From Octopus vulgaris (lineage: Eukaryota), in the NCBI GenBank assembly GCA_951406725.2, contig OX597815.1, forward strand, positions 196,106,001 to 196,170,000: 64,000 nt of DNA. Direction: 5' to 3'. Numbering within the stretch: position 1 is the stretch's first letter; every line of letters begins with the position of its first letter. This document shows, piece by piece, positions 43,278 to 58,198 of this stretch. The notes beneath the pieces were generated by a model. It was not told the DNA's origin and made no database searches. It was given only the letters and a program-made list of their open reading frames with translations. The translations under genes were made by a program, and so were the position numbers.

Positions 43278-44666
43278 GTAACTTTACTATTTTTTTACGA
43301 TTTACCACTTTTACAGCTTCGTCTAACATTTATTTAATCGTATGAAATTAGACGTGATATTTAAAAAGAAAATCCTGCCAGTTGAACTTCAGACACGAAT
43401 AACAAAATTGCTTGCATACAATTATCTTTGTATCTTTTTACTGGCGTAAATGGAGAAGGTTTAAACAAGTCGAATGTAAGCGAACGTTTAAATCTTTCAG
43501 TTGAGTAGTATAATATTTTCTTCACTTTGGTGACGTGTTTAATCGTATCAAGAAAAGCATTACAAATTGTTCTCGTACCAAACTGAAAGCATGTAAGATT
43601 TAACCATTGATGAATGTCCTTATTGATTTAAACCTAATCCTTTAAATCTATCCATTGATAAAAAATGAGTGTCTAGTATTTTCAATGTTAGATCTAAATG
43701 ATATTTAGTTTTAAAGAAGCATTCTGCTCAAAGAGCGAAATGTTTTGTCCATTTTCATTAGAATTCAATGGCAGGCTCAAATTGTTTGAAATTTACTACC
43801 AGGGGAACTTGAAATAGTAACTGCAGTCGGTTTCAGCCGGTCAGGAAATGTTGTTTTTTTTTGTCTAAAAACGAACATGGGAATTGAAAACGCGTATATT
43901 AGAGATGAACGGAAGCCCTAATGGTGAGAACCATTATAGAAAGCTTGCAAATTTTCATGATGGCTTCTTTCATTTTATCAATATTTCGCCATATAAAGAA
44001 AATAACGATGTAGCTAATTTATGCTCTTAAAATATTCGCTGCGCTGTAAAATGTTGGCTATCCATTGGTAGCTGCAGAATACAATTTCGAGACTCGTATA
44101 ATTCAGCCTTTACTTTACAAAGGCTCTAAAATTTTGGTCACAAAGGACAAAAAATACTGCATAATGCCAACAGTTGCGAGGCAACGTTGTTCTTGAATTT
44201 GGAGCGAAATATCACTGTCCAATGTGATTGAAAATGCAAGTAGTTAGCTGTGAGTACAATTATTAATAGCAAATGCGTAATGTACCACTGAATATCTTCT
44301 ATGAACTTCAGCAATTTCAGAAAGACAATGAAAACCTTGACGATATAATTGTTCCCGTAGCTTGCAGTTTATTCATTTCAGGTTTAATGGATTTGCTGTC
44401 GAGAAGGACAATTCCTTGTGGAACTGCGCACGTGTGTAGCTTCCACAAAAGATGCTTATGATTGAATCAGAGAATATGCGAAATATTGCAAATTTGTCAT
44501 ATACGCTATTGAATTTCAAATCTACACGTTGCCACAGACACACTTGAGAGTTTAATATTAAGTTGTAGTGACTAAAATGTTCTAACGCAACAGTTACCAA
44601 GATGTAGCAGGAGCATATTTCACGGACAACTAAACATGAGTTATTAGGTAACAGTTTTATTTCAAA

Positions 44667-45056
44667 CTAGCAGTATCGCCCGGCGTTGCTCGTGTTTGTT
44701 TCGACCCTTTAGAATCGGAATTTTTGAGAATTAAAAATTTTGCGTTATGTAGCTTGTTATTCTCTTTAAGTGAACATTTTTGGGGTTGAAATACACCGAA
44801 AAATGGCGACACAGCAGTAAAAAAAATCAAAAAAATAGGGATTTTCATAGAAAAAATGCACCTTTTTGATGTAAATAAGTTTTGGTGTTAACATGGTCCG
44901 ATTTGAATTTTATCTTCGACGGAATGAAGAGCAAGTCTTCTTCTATCATACTTTCAATTTTGGTCAACTTGCACCGCAAGGTCTCGGAGGAGATAGTGTT
45001 AGTTGAAGGCTACCAAACCTGCCATACACAGACAACTTCAGCTTTCTATATATAGA
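44667..45056 (-). mobile_element. Non-autonomous Helitron copy 3
   Basis: Aligns with 7684-8061; CTAG|T and A|TC ends. Confidence 0.8.
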
Positions 45057-45873
45057 TTTCAACATTTAAATTTATCTCTTCAATTGTAAGAAAGTTGTTT
45101 GCATCAAAAGATATCACCTTATCATTTGATTTGGAATTAAGATTCACTATCAATTCGAAATATCTCCAATAGAGCGTCATAGAAAACAACTGGGATACGG
45201 ATATTGCAAGCAAACGAGATAATACTATGGGACAAAGAATACGTACCTGTTTTAAAGACTAATGATAATTTCCTTCTAGAGTATTAAATATGAAACACCT
45301 TGAAACCGTAAAAGTTTATGAGTGTATACTGTTGTAAACTAGACATTCCAAGCAATTATCCTTAATTTTCTGATATAAATAAAATCATTTCCAGTTACTG
45401 TTTCTCTTGGAAAATAATTACACCTTAGAAAGATGTTCCACTGACGGGAAATTATCTATGAATCGAAAAGCTATGAATTGAAATATGTGCACTCTGAGGT
45501 CCATGCCCTGATTTGATTTGAACGAGGAGGTGTCATTCAGGTGTAGCGAATATTCTAAAATTGCTTTAAATTCTTAAGAGAATTGTAGAAGCTGAGAGTC
45601 TGTGCCTTATCAGAAATGTGTGAATGAGACGTCTTTGATGCCCCAAAAATGTATCAAATCTAAACAACGACAGTGTTTGAATGCACCCGAGAAATGAACG
45701 TTAAACTGTATATGTAATCCCTGATAGCTTTAACTAAGCTCTACCTTCTGTATTGAGTGCGCTTAGTTTAGTTTTTAATCATAGATTCACGTATGCACGC
45801 TTAAATAAGTGTCTCTGTGTATCTATCGATAAATCTCTCTGTCTCTCTTTCTCTCTCTCTCTCTCTCACTCCC

Positions 45874-45959
<86 letters not shown>

Positions 45960-46355
45960 TAGAGTAGATGAAACCATATCGACTGAAGAAGGGAATTTTC
46001 CTTGTGTTTGTATGTCCTGTGCTCTATTTTTTCGTTGTTTAAGAAAAATGTCCAGTTCCTTGGTTTTGTGTTTATGTTTTCGTTTCTCATTGTGTTCGAC
46101 GTTTTTTTTTTTGTGTCATGTACCCATATATGCATGTATATATACATGTAAAGTTAGGTGCGTACATATATGTATGTATACATGTATACATTCAAGTTGA
46201 ATTTTCTGCTGCTTTAAATAAGTCATATTACTCTACCACTGGTATTTGAGTATTCTTTTTTCCACCTTGTTTCACATATATATATATATAGATAAATTTC
46301 CTCTATTTACCTAATATTGAGGTCTCTTTCTTTTGTTATCTTACCGTTTTTACCA

Positions 46356-46489
<134 letters not shown>

Positions 46490-46564
46490 TCATCTATCTA
46501 TCTCTATCTATCTATCTATCTATCTATATATATATATATATATATATATCTATCTATCTATCTA

Positions 46565-46607
<43 letters not shown>

Positions 46608-46614
46608 TCATCTA

Positions 46615-46665
<51 letters not shown>

Positions 46666-48062
46666 AAGTGTGTGCGTGCATGTGGGGGTGTATGTATGCA
46701 TGCGTGTGTTTCATTGTTCGCATTTAGCTTCGCACATAAATAAGTAAATAAAAAAAATATATTCTCATCTGGCTGGTCTGCTAATGTTCCTAATGTTTGC
46801 AGTCTGTTTCTTTGAATAAGTGAACTAGATACAGTGTTCTGACTAACACACAAATCAAACACACACACACACACACACACACATGCAAACACACATACAC
46901 ACTCAGACATACTACACATAGAACAAACCACACACACCCTTACACATGTACAATTACGATTAGATACAATTTTCTGACTAACGCACGAACCGTACAAACA
47001 CACACACACACATACAATTACGATTTAACCTTCAACTGCCTCAAGGCGGTAGAGGAGGAACATGTGTGTAAATAACCTTGATTACATTTCGTAATAAATA
47101 AAATATATTCAAAATGAAATAAAACATGGGACATACGAATGAATAAGATAAAAACAAAAACGATAGAAAGACACGTATTTAGCGCTAAAGCTACAACTGT
47201 TGTTACCGACGAGGCTTTGGGGAGGCCTTCTTTTATCACTCGCCTCCTGATTAATTTCTGCTTTTAGTTTGTGGATATGAGTAGCCGGGTATAGTTTGTT
47301 GGTGATGTCGCTACTTATAGACTTGTTAGTGGAACCGTAGCTATAAAATAACAGCTTTACTCTCATCCTGTCTAATTATAATGTCAGTCAGTAGTGATAC
47401 TATTTTTGTTGATAAATAACCTTGCCTTTAGTAATTTCGACATACTACTACTTCGAGACGATTTACGCTTCAGTATTTTTGTATCGCGTACATACGACAT
47501 GCAAAAGGTTGTCGATAATTTTCTACCCAGAAGCTACGCATGTATGTTGCATTTATGCACAGTGCTGTCTGAAGGCGTTAACACTCTGGGAAGCCGCCTT
47601 GCAGGCCACATATACTTCTACAGGCCTATATACTGTGGGTTGCAGGAAATAAATATTATAGAACTCAGTGCACTAATTTGCCTCGGGAACCCTGAAATGG
47701 TACTAAAACTGCATTGGTTATATAATATATAAGGACAGGTGATAAGGTGAAGAATATGCTAGAGTCGATGCAACATCGGACGAAAGTCATTGTGAACTGT
47801 AATTCCGTGTTCCTACCTTCCTAGTTCAAATCCAACAAAGGTCGACATTGCCAACCATCCATCGGAGGGCGTTAGACGTAGTACCAATTTAGGGCAGTGG
47901 TTTTGCAGGATTGCTAGAATGCCTCTGACTGTAAGGTTTGAGCTACATGTCATGAGTCTGCGGTCTGACTTAGTTTAGGTTACACTAAATCCGTAGCCCG
48001 TTGAACAATGCCAGTTAGTTCTTGCTTGGCATTTAGCATTTGGAATATATCTTCAATCTAAA

Positions 48063-48640
48063 GGCGGCGAGCTGGCAGAATCGTTAGCACGCCGGGCGAA
48101 AAGCGTAGCCGTATTTCGTCTGCTGTTACGTTCTGAGTTCGAATACCGCCGAGGTCGACTTTGCCTTTCATCCTTTCAGGGTCGATAAATTAAATACCAG
48201 TTGCGCACTGGGATCGATATAATCGACTTAATCCGTTTCTCTGTCCTTGTTTATCCCCTCTGTGTATAGCCCCTTGTGGGTGGTAAAGAAATAGGTATTT
48301 CGTCTGCCGCTACGTTCTGAGTTCAAATTCTGCCGGGGTCGACTTTACCTTTCATCCTTTCGGGCTCGATAAATTAAGTACCAGTTACGCACTGGGGTCG
48401 ATATAAACGACTTAATCCGTTTGTCTGTCCTTGTTTGTCCCCTCTGTGTTTAGCCCCTTGTGGGTACTAAAGAAATAGTTATTTCGTCTGTCTTTACTTT
48501 CTGAGTCGAAATTCCGCCGAGGTCTACTTTGCCTTTTATTTTTTCGAGGATGATAAATTAACAGTTGCGTACTGGGGTCGATCTAATCGACTGGCCTCCT
48601 CCCCCAAAATTTCTGGCCTTGTGCCTAGAGTAGAAAAGAA
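48063..48640 (+). mobile_element. SINE family B heterotrimer (third unit has the alternative tail)
   Basis: Junctions 48293/4 and 48477/8; TSD-like gaatatMtcttcaat on both flanks. Confidence 0.9.
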
Positions 48641-49244
48641 TATCTCTTCAATATGAGCGTAACTTCCTCTGTTCAAAAGAATCCGCAGGGTCTGTAAAAG
48701 CTACTGGCTTCTGCCTTCCCACCAGGCTTAGTGAAAATTGACCCACCTGCACATATCGTATGCATGTGAGTGTATAAATATATATCTACATACATGAATA
48801 TTATGTATGTATGTATATATGTATGTATGTATCTCTCTTTATATATATATGCACACACATACTAATATACATGTACGTATGCATATATGCGTATGTGTAC
48901 ATGTGCCTATGTATATATATATGTTTATAATTTTGTATATGGGCGTATCTGTGTGTACATGTACACACACACACACATATATATATATGGAAAATGGAAC
49001 TAAAGAATGAACTGCAATATAACACACATTCGCACTTTTATATCTCTGCTAAATGAATGCAAGTGTGGTTGTATTATTAGTATAAAGCGTATTTGAAATG
49101 TCTAAATACAATCGCGTTGGATAATTCTATTTTCGTGTAAAGCAGCCAGTTGGAAGATGCGTGCTCTCCAGAGTGAATAATTCATATAACTGTTGGCCAT
49201 TTTCGAAAATAAACAAACCATTATTAATATTATTATAAACATGA

Positions 49245-49720
49245 AGGCGCCGGACAAGCAGAATCATTAGTATATCGGACAAAGTGTAGAACTACGTTTC
49301 TTCCGTTCACATTCTGAGTTCAAAATTCCGCCGAGATCTACTTTGCCTTTCATCCGTTCGGGGTTGGTGGTGGTGGTTGGGGTGGTGATGGTAATAAACC
49401 TGCCAGTTGATCACTGGAGCAAATGTAATTGGTTTCTCATGCCGAAATTGCTGGCCTTGTGCCAAATTTTGAAACCAGTTTTATTTCAAACATTAAGGCA
49501 CCTGGTTAGCAGAATCATTTCTATATTGGACAAAATACATAGCAGCATCTCTTTGAACCATATACATTCTGATTTCAAATTCTAGTTAGGTCGACGATAC
49601 TTTTTACAATTCTTAGGGTCGTTAGAATAACTGCCAAACAAATACTTAAGTCGATGTAATCAAATGGCCCCCTCCCCTCCTTAAGAATTTCAGATCTAAT
49701 GTCTACAACATAGAGAATAT
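49245..49720 (+). mobile_element. Two old SINE family B copies
   Basis: Degenerate head, B box and central domain. Confidence 0.6.
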
Positions 49721-50343
49721 TGTTACAAGCCTTGCAATGGTTGATGGCCATCGTTATTTAACGGAGCGCCTTTCATCCATCTGGGCTTAACGAAATTCTA
49801 TCAAATCAAATGTTGGGATTGTATATATCTGTTTCTGATTGTTATTTACATAATCTGTGACCTTGTGCCCAGATTATGTGCTCGGTTTAGAAATCTCTAT
49901 TGTTACGGACGTTCGATGTTAGAAGAATGGGAATGATTGTTAAATCAAAGTACTTTTACGTTCTTTTCTATGTGTGGAACTAATATAATTTAGCTCTCGA
50001 TTTTTACCATTCAACCATTTAGAAATAAACGAGATAAAATGCCGGTCTGGTACAGAGGGTCGACTATATTACAAGCTCAAAATGTATGGCTGTATGACTA
50101 TGATAATTTTCATTATTACGTTTACTTTTCTCTTTCATGTTCATATATGTGTGTTGCCTATGAATGAATGAATGTATGTATTTAGTGTTTCTGCGTGTAA
50201 TGTTTGCTATTTATATCTTTTAGTAGACCTCTGCTGACTGTTATTACTTGTAATTTCTATCCTAACTGCTTCAGTATGAAATCAACTTGTCTGTCACCCC
50301 CACCCACCCGCTCACCCACCCCAACATTTCGTACGTCCCTTGG

Positions 50344-50344
<1 letters not shown>

Positions 50345-50396
<52 letters not shown>

Positions 50397-50398
50397 TC

Positions 50399-50435
<37 letters not shown>

Positions 50436-50532
50436 TCACCACCACCACCACAACAACAATAACTATTACTACTACTACAACCACCACCACAACAACAACA
50501 ACAACTACTACCTCCACCACCACCACCACCAA

Positions 50533-50568
<36 letters not shown>

Positions 50569-50585
50569 ACTACCACCACCACCAT

Positions 50586-50632
<47 letters not shown>

Positions 50633-50700
50633 GCACCACCACCACCAACAACTCTACTACTACTACTACTACAGCTGCTGCTGCCACAACTAATAACAAT
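50345..50700. repeat. (ACT)n/(ACC)n/(ACA)n trinucleotide microsatellite
   Basis: Directly visible. Confidence 0.95.
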
Positions 50701-51033
50701 ACTTAGATGTCAGTGAACTTCTGATGGTAGTTAGTTATAAGAAAATGTGTAATGAACAAATGCACAAATAAAGAAAAGAAAAGAACTGTAAAGCAGAAAA
50801 TGCAACTGGTATTGTTTAAGCAAATATTTATTATTAAGTGACTGAATAATTCTTTAATAGTAAATTTCAGCAAAATGTTTGTAACGATTGTCAGCCCCAC
50901 AAACCCCTGTCAGATATAGGGTATGTGTAATATTATCAAGTGAGAAAAGAAAGTTAGTTGGCGAAATAGTTAGTACGCTAGGCAAAATGCTTAGCGGCAT
51001 TTAGTCCGTCCTTACGTTCTGAGTTCTAATTTT

Positions 51034-51447
51034 TATTTCTTTATTGCCCACAAGGGGCTAAAGATAGAGGGGACAAGCAAGGACGGACAAACGGATTACG
51101 TCGATTATATCGACCCCAGTGCGTAACTTGTACATATTTAATCCACCCCGAAAGGATAAAAGGCAAAGTCGACCTCGGCGGAATTCGAACCCAGAACGTA
51201 AAGACAGACGAAATACCAATTTCTTTACTACCCACAACGGGCTAAACACAGAGAGGACAAGCAAGACTGACAAACGGATTACGTCGATTATATCGACCCC
51301 AGTGCGTAACTGGTACTTATTTAATCCACCCCGAAAGGATGAAAGGCAAAGTCGACCTCGGCGGAATTCGAACCCAGAACGTAAAGACAGACGAAATACC
51401 GCTACGCATTTCGCCCGGCGTGCTAACGTTTCTGCCAGCTCGTCGCC
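51034..51447 (-). mobile_element. SINE family B dimer inserted in an older plus-strand family B copy
   Basis: Junction 51217/8; TSD gttYtgagttctaa splits the host B box; further old copies to about 51975. Confidence 0.85.
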
Positions 51448-52649
51448 GTGAAAGTTTTGAGTTCTAAGTCTAGTAGGTTGACTTTGCCTGTCATTCTTCC
51501 GGGGTTAATAAAATAAGTCTCAGTTGAGAACTGGGATCTATGTAATCGGCTTTCCCCTGAAACTGCTGGCTTTGTGCCAAAATGTTATTACACTAGAAAA
51601 ATGATTAGCGGCATTTCGTTCACCCTTATATTCTGAGGTCAAACTGCGCCGAGGTTGAATTTACCTTCCAATCTTCCGGGTTAGATAAAATATGTACCTG
51701 TTGAGGACTGAGATCAATGTAATCAACTTACCTCGCCCACGAAGTTGCTGGCCTTGTGCCATTAGTTGAAACCAATATTCCTACATTAGAAAAGGCAGTG
51801 AGTTAGGAAAATCGTTAGGGTTCCGAGCAAATAGCTTAGCGGCATTTCGTTCATCTTTACATTCTGTGTCCAAATTCCGCCGAGGACAACTTTGCCTTTC
51901 ATCCTTTCCAGGTTGTTAAAATAAGCTCTAGTAATCGAAATTGCTGACCTTGTGCTAAAATTTAAAACCAATATTACTAAACTAGAAAGCTTCCTGCTTA
52001 TATTGTGTGTCAACATCTGTTTATCTTGGCAGAACCTCGATCGTTAAAATTGTGTAAAGCCGCAGTACAATGCTGGTTGATCGTACCAAGGAACAGAAGA
52101 TTTCTAATGGTGGCCATTGATCAGTAAGGCTTTCATTTTAGAAATGAATATGGAGAGAGTTAATAGCTATTTCCAGGAGAAAATGACCCATTCTTGAAGT
52201 GGGAGATCATACCTGTTTAAATTAATCCCTGGGGTGGAAGAAGCGGAAATTGAATTCTATACGACTGAAATTTATTACATTGACAAATAACGTATATTCC
52301 TTTTGAGCGTAGTCAATTACATTACGTAATTAATATTCTTTTGAAAGACGTGCTCGTACCAAATCCCAGCCCCATATTCTAATGTTGTTTATACCCATGT
52401 GGGCTGTAATCAAGTACATCTATGATCAAACGTACTCCTACCCTAAACATAATATTTATAGCTATAATCATGTGTTGGGTGTGGTTTGCTATTAATATCT
52501 GGTTGAGCGGCCATGTCGGTAACTTTTTGTTAGCTCGTATATTAATGCCGTGAAAAACAAATATGTGTGTGTGTGTGATGGGGGTGGTGGTGGTGCGTGT
52601 ATATGCATATATGTACATGTGTATATGTATGTATATATATGTATATATA

Positions 52650-52932
<283 letters not shown>

Positions 52933-53446
52933 AATATGTGTGTATGAACATATATATGTATGTGTCTATATATGTATATATATGTATACATATATATGTA
53001 TATGTATACACGTGTATATGTCTATATATGTGTATATATATGTGTATATATACGTATGTATGAATATACATGTATAGATATATAGGTGTGTCTGTAGGTA
53101 TATATATATGTGTGTGTACATGCGTGTGTGTGTGTATGAATGTATATGTGTGTGTATACATATACACGCACAGTTACGCACACATATATGTGTGTGTAAA
53201 AGAGGATGGCTTCCTTTTTGTGGTTCTCCTGGACATAGTCCCCTCTGTATAAAGCCAACAGCTGAGACCATGAAGGCGTATCAAGGCAATGGTTCTACCA
53301 GATAGAAAAAGCTTGGAAACTGCTAGCAAATCACAATCAAGCGAAGAACAAAGGAAGAACACATTAACTACTTTATTTCTGCATATGCCGAACAAGGAGT
53401 AGACTCAGCTGGAGCAATTTCCTTTATCGGTATCCCCATCAAGGTA

Positions 53447-53828
53447 TGGAAGCACTCCGTCGGTTACGACGACGAGGGTTCCGGTTGATCCGATCAACGG
53501 AACAGCCTGCTTGTGAAATTAACGTGTAAGTGGCTGAGCACTCCACAGACACGTGTACCCTTAACATAGTTCTCGGGGATATTCAGCGTGACACAGAGAA
53601 TGACAAGGCCGGCCCTTTGAAATACAAGTACAACAGAAACAGGAAGTAAGAGTGAGAGAAGTTGTGGTGAAAGAGTACAGCAGGGATCACCACCATCCTC
53701 TGCCGGAGCCTCGAGGAGCTTTTAGGTGTTTTCGCTCAATAAACACTCACAACGCCCGGTCTGGGAATCTAAACCGCGATCCTATGACCGCGAGTCCGCT
53801 GCCCTAACCACTGGGCCATTGCGCCTCC
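53447..53828 (-). mobile_element. SINE family C, full length, tail type 1
   Basis: tRNA-Arg-like head; TSD cccaWcaaggtat. Confidence 0.9.
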
Positions 53829-54269
53829 ACCCAACAAGGTATAACGTGGAACTGAATAACAAGAACAAAAACTTTGATGACAACAGCGGTACTCATGCAT
53901 ACCCTAGATTTTGGTTTACACAAATAAATATTTTACCCTATTAGTGGGTACTTTCTTAGAGAACACGATGTGTTAGAAACATGACAATGCTTCGGATCGT
54001 CTTTAAAAACTTTTCTTCTCAATTTCGGTTTTGTCTGAAAATATATTACGAAAAGGTAGCTTTTTTCCAATATCAATCGTTAATGTTATCGCTTTCCTCT
54101 AGTATAAAGTGCCTCCTTATACAGGCAAATATATTTTCTTATTTTTGTCTTTTCTCGCTGAAATACTTGGTATTTCCAACCACAGTTATTTCACATTGCT
54201 TGAAAAATAGATTTAAATGATAAAAGAACGTGATTCTCATACACAAATGCATTAACGTGATAACATATA

Positions 54270-55488
54270 CAGGGGTTGGACAAAATAATGGAAACACCTA
54301 GCATCAAGCATCATAATCTTGAAATACGACCGTCAAAAACATGTTAATTTTAAGTTTTTTGATTTATTATTAGTGTTGCTGAATATGTTTTGCTAAAACT
54401 GCTGTTTCTTTTCAGATATCATCAGAAAAAGATAATTAAAATTCATTAAAATTGTTGGTGCTCATATGGCAAGCGGTAGCGTAACGCAAAGAGCGGAAAT
54501 GTTTGGTATATCAAGAAGCACTGCCTCAAAACTAATGACAGCCTTTGAAAAAGAGGGAAAAAAACCCTCGTCAAAACAAAACTCCGGAAGAAAATCAAAA
54601 CTCCCAGATTGGGACCGGCGGACTCTTACGCGAATTGTTAGAATGGGTCACAAACGTCCAGCTCCCAAAATTACTACAAAGCTTAATGGCCACCTTGGGA
54701 ATCCAGTTTCCACAAAAACTGTTCGCCGGGGGCTGCACAAAGCCTGATTTCACGGGAGGGCTGCAATCAGAAATCCACTACATTTAAAAACAAACGTTGT
54801 AAAGCGTTTAGAGTGGAGTAAAAACCTACAGAGCAGTGGAAGAATATTATTTTCTTGGGCGAGTCATCATTTACCTTATTTCCGACCACCGGCCGAGAAT
54901 ACGTGTGGAGACAGCCAAAAGAAGCATTTGACCCAGTCGGCTTTCTTCCAACTGTTCAACATGGAGGAGGATCTGTGATGATCTGTTGGGTGGGTATATC
55001 TTGGAAATCCGCTGGCCTAATGGTTTTCCTTTCATGGCAGAACTAATAGTCAAGACTATTTAAGCATTTTATCTGATCAAATTCATCTTATGTTTGTGGA
55101 ACTGTTTTCGGAGGGAAACGCAACCTTTCAGGATGATAATGCACCAGTTCACACAGCTAAAGTTGTTACTAAATTGCACGAGGAGCATTCAAGTGAAGTT
55201 GAACATCTTATCTGGCCACTACGATCCCCAGATCTCAATATTATTGAACATTTATGGTGCATTTTAGAAAAATAAGTAAGGAGTTCATATCCTCCACCAT
55301 CATCATTTTCAAGAGCTGGAGACAGCTTTAACCGAAGAATGGACAAAAATCCCTATCGAAAAATTTCAAACTTTGTACGAGTCCATACCTTGTAGAATTC
55401 AAGCTGTAATTACTGCCATAGGCGGTCCTACATCATTAAAATAAATTTGTTTGAAATTTTAAGGCGTTTCCATTTTGTCCAGCCCCTG
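54270..55488 (+). mobile_element. Tc1-like DNA transposon, DD36E (Incomer-like), defective
   Basis: TA|CAGGGGTTGGACAAAATAATGGAAACACCT ... AGGCGTTTCCATTTTGTCCAGCCCCTG|TA terminal inverted repeats with TA TSD. Confidence 0.92.
54451..55437 (+). pseudogene. Disrupted Tc1-family transposase
   Basis: HTH region (NSGRKSKL..DRRTL), ESSFTLF, TVQHGGGSVM, FQDDNAPVH, WPLRSPDLNIIEHLW; stops, frameshifts, start codon region missing. Confidence 0.92.
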
Positions 55489-56287
55489 TACGCATGCGCT
55501 GGTATGTACGTGCATGCATTACCCTGTATAGAAGATGTGTTATTTCTCAAAGATACCAGAAAATGATGTGTGTGCATCTATATGAAATACAGTAACGTTG
55601 GGCTTTGAACTTTTAATGTAAGTGAAAAAGGATCATTTTAAAGAGGGACTGATGTCTGTAGTGTGCAAATTTGAAATTTAATTAGGTGGCTTTGTATATA
55701 TATATATCTACATATTGATTGGAGAATATCATGCGTTCATACGCAGAAGCATATATGCATTGGTAGGCAAATAAAACCTTATATGGTGTATGAACGATAT
55801 CATAACATAAAGTGTAATTGAAATAATCAAATAGAATCGATCGATTCACGTATTTATATTGGGGCTAATGGATACTGCGAGGTAGGTAGAATGTGACGTG
55901 TGTGATGTCATACTATAATGAATCTTCTGAGAATTTAATGCAATGCTTGGCGCTGCAATTAAACTGAGATATTTGTTTGGTACGACTTCCCTTGTCATAT
56001 CTCTTCGCTACAGTTCGCTTTCTGTGTATGAAATAAATCAATTATCAGCAGAAAATTTCATTAATATCTTCTTTTCTCAGTGATATTATCCTTTGAAATT
56101 TGTTTTCAATCATTTCACGCATATTAAGCGAAATAATTTTGCTACCAGTAGCATTACACAAATAACGAATTAAACATTATTTTATGAGACCCGTTTTTGA
56201 AATTCTGCTTAAGTGTTTACCTTCTAATTTTAAAGAACTATTACACGTCACTATAACAAATATTTGTTACAGAATGAGTGAGTGAAT

Positions 56288-56347
<60 letters not shown>

Positions 56348-57840
56348 GGAGCCGATGCACCACTCAAGTAGAGGTGATATTAAAAATTTGAATTGCCGAT
56401 ATTCTCACAATTTAGATGCTGTTTCATAAAAATGTCACCAGCTTTCAACGGATTGCTTTCTCCGAGTCTTAGAGGATTTTTGCAACGGCAAACTGTTATC
56501 TTTTAAAGCAGTGTGCAGATGAAGTGTTCATCGACTTAAATTGTACAGGAAATAATTAGAGGATAAAGTTAAGTTACAAACTCGATCTTCTCATGTAATA
56601 TCATGACTGTGGAACCGGCCATGCCACTGGTGTATGTAACTATGAATGCCTACCTGTTTTTATGCTTCTTTTCATGACTGTCTCAACCAGGCGAAATAAT
56701 GTTTTTTACCTATTGGTTATTAAAAAAAAAAAAATGTTTAATTAACACCCGATACGAAACTGCTCATATTTATGGGATCGATACCTAGCATAAATTTATA
56801 CTGATCAATATGGGTAGAATAAAGCATAAACGTGGAAAGACCTATTCTTCTTGTATCAAGTACGCGAACGAACCTGGAGGAATTGTGTCGAAGATAGGCG
56901 AAAGTATCATCGTTTAGAGCCAAGTTATCGCTGACCGAAAATGCTTATGATTAAAAGCGTTCACACAAGAACAATACAACGATATGTCCTAACTTTATTT
57001 AAAAAAGTGGTAGATGTCGCTGCTTTAACTCAAGCATCGTTTTCATTGATCGATGCTTATGGTGAAATGTTACTATCTGCTGAAAAAATGATATAAATAT
57101 ACAAAGAAAATATTCGTAAATATGTAAGACTTAGTACCGAGGGATGAACGAGAAGTAAAAAAAAAATGCAAAAGATGTTAGGGTGTCATGCTAAGAAATC
57201 TTGACTGCTTTCTTGTACAAGTCATGCAGAGGCTTACATGCTGACTGGAAGAGTGACTTTAAACTGGATGACAAGTTATGTCTATAACACTTATTCAAAA
57301 GTAGAATTAGCTGCTACATAAAAAAATGTTTTTGTCCGAAATGTCATTATTGATACTTAAAACAATAGAGCCACAGTCTAAATTGGTTTTTAGTTGCCAC
57401 TTATGACCAGACGTCCTTGTCAATAATCATTTAACATCCGTATATCTTCGCATATGTGACTTTCTGTTGTCACTTGATCTGCTAGAAAGAGCAATCATAA
57501 AGTCTATCTTTCTATAAAATGAAGGACTCGTTAGAAAATATATTTCTCGAGATATCCCTAAAATAACAGAAGTGAACCGTTAGAAATAATTTACAGTTGG
57601 TTTTCTCTCTGATTAATATTTAACATGCGTTCATACAATGATAACGACTACACAGCTTGAGCACTATACTTATATTGTCTCAGTGCATGGTACTTTTGGC
57701 AAGTGTTTTCTAGAGGAAAACACTTGATGAAAGGTGCTTGTATTAAGCTAGACATGGCCTGGACCAATCTTTGGTCGAAACATATCTAAGTTTTATATAT
57801 ATTCAGTATATATGTATATATACAGTATTGCTTAATACTT

Positions 57841-57882
57841 AAAACTGTTGCTTAATATGTCCATTGTTCTTATCAAGTTGCA

Positions 57883-57960
<78 letters not shown>

Positions 57961-58148
57961 CATAGTTAATCCAAACAATAAAGCACAACAAAACACAATG
58001 AGAGGACGTGGAACAAATATAGTATTATTGGACGCTCAGGAAAGAAGGAGAGTTTAACGTTTCGAGCGGAGCTCTTCGTCGGAAACATAGGAGAAGGAAA
58101 GGTCCAGAGAAGGGAAGACAGAGGAAACGGTACACACGCGGTCACATT

Positions 58149-58198
<50 letters not shown>

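Noticed and set aside
45060-45600. Possible hAT/Charlie transposase remnant (STDGK, HSEVH..ERGGV)
   Set aside because: Motif matches too short and broken to support without a profile search
47150-47270. Possible decayed Penelope terminus on the minus strand
   Set aside because: Both hammerhead cores are missing and there is no second copy in the window
50204-50716. Thr-rich mucin-like ORF
   Set aside because: Trinucleotide microsatellite open in several frames; no signal peptide or splice support
53755-53828. tRNA-like sequences at SINE heads
   Set aside because: Continue directly into SINE bodies with TSDs and lack a proper acceptor stem; not tRNA genes
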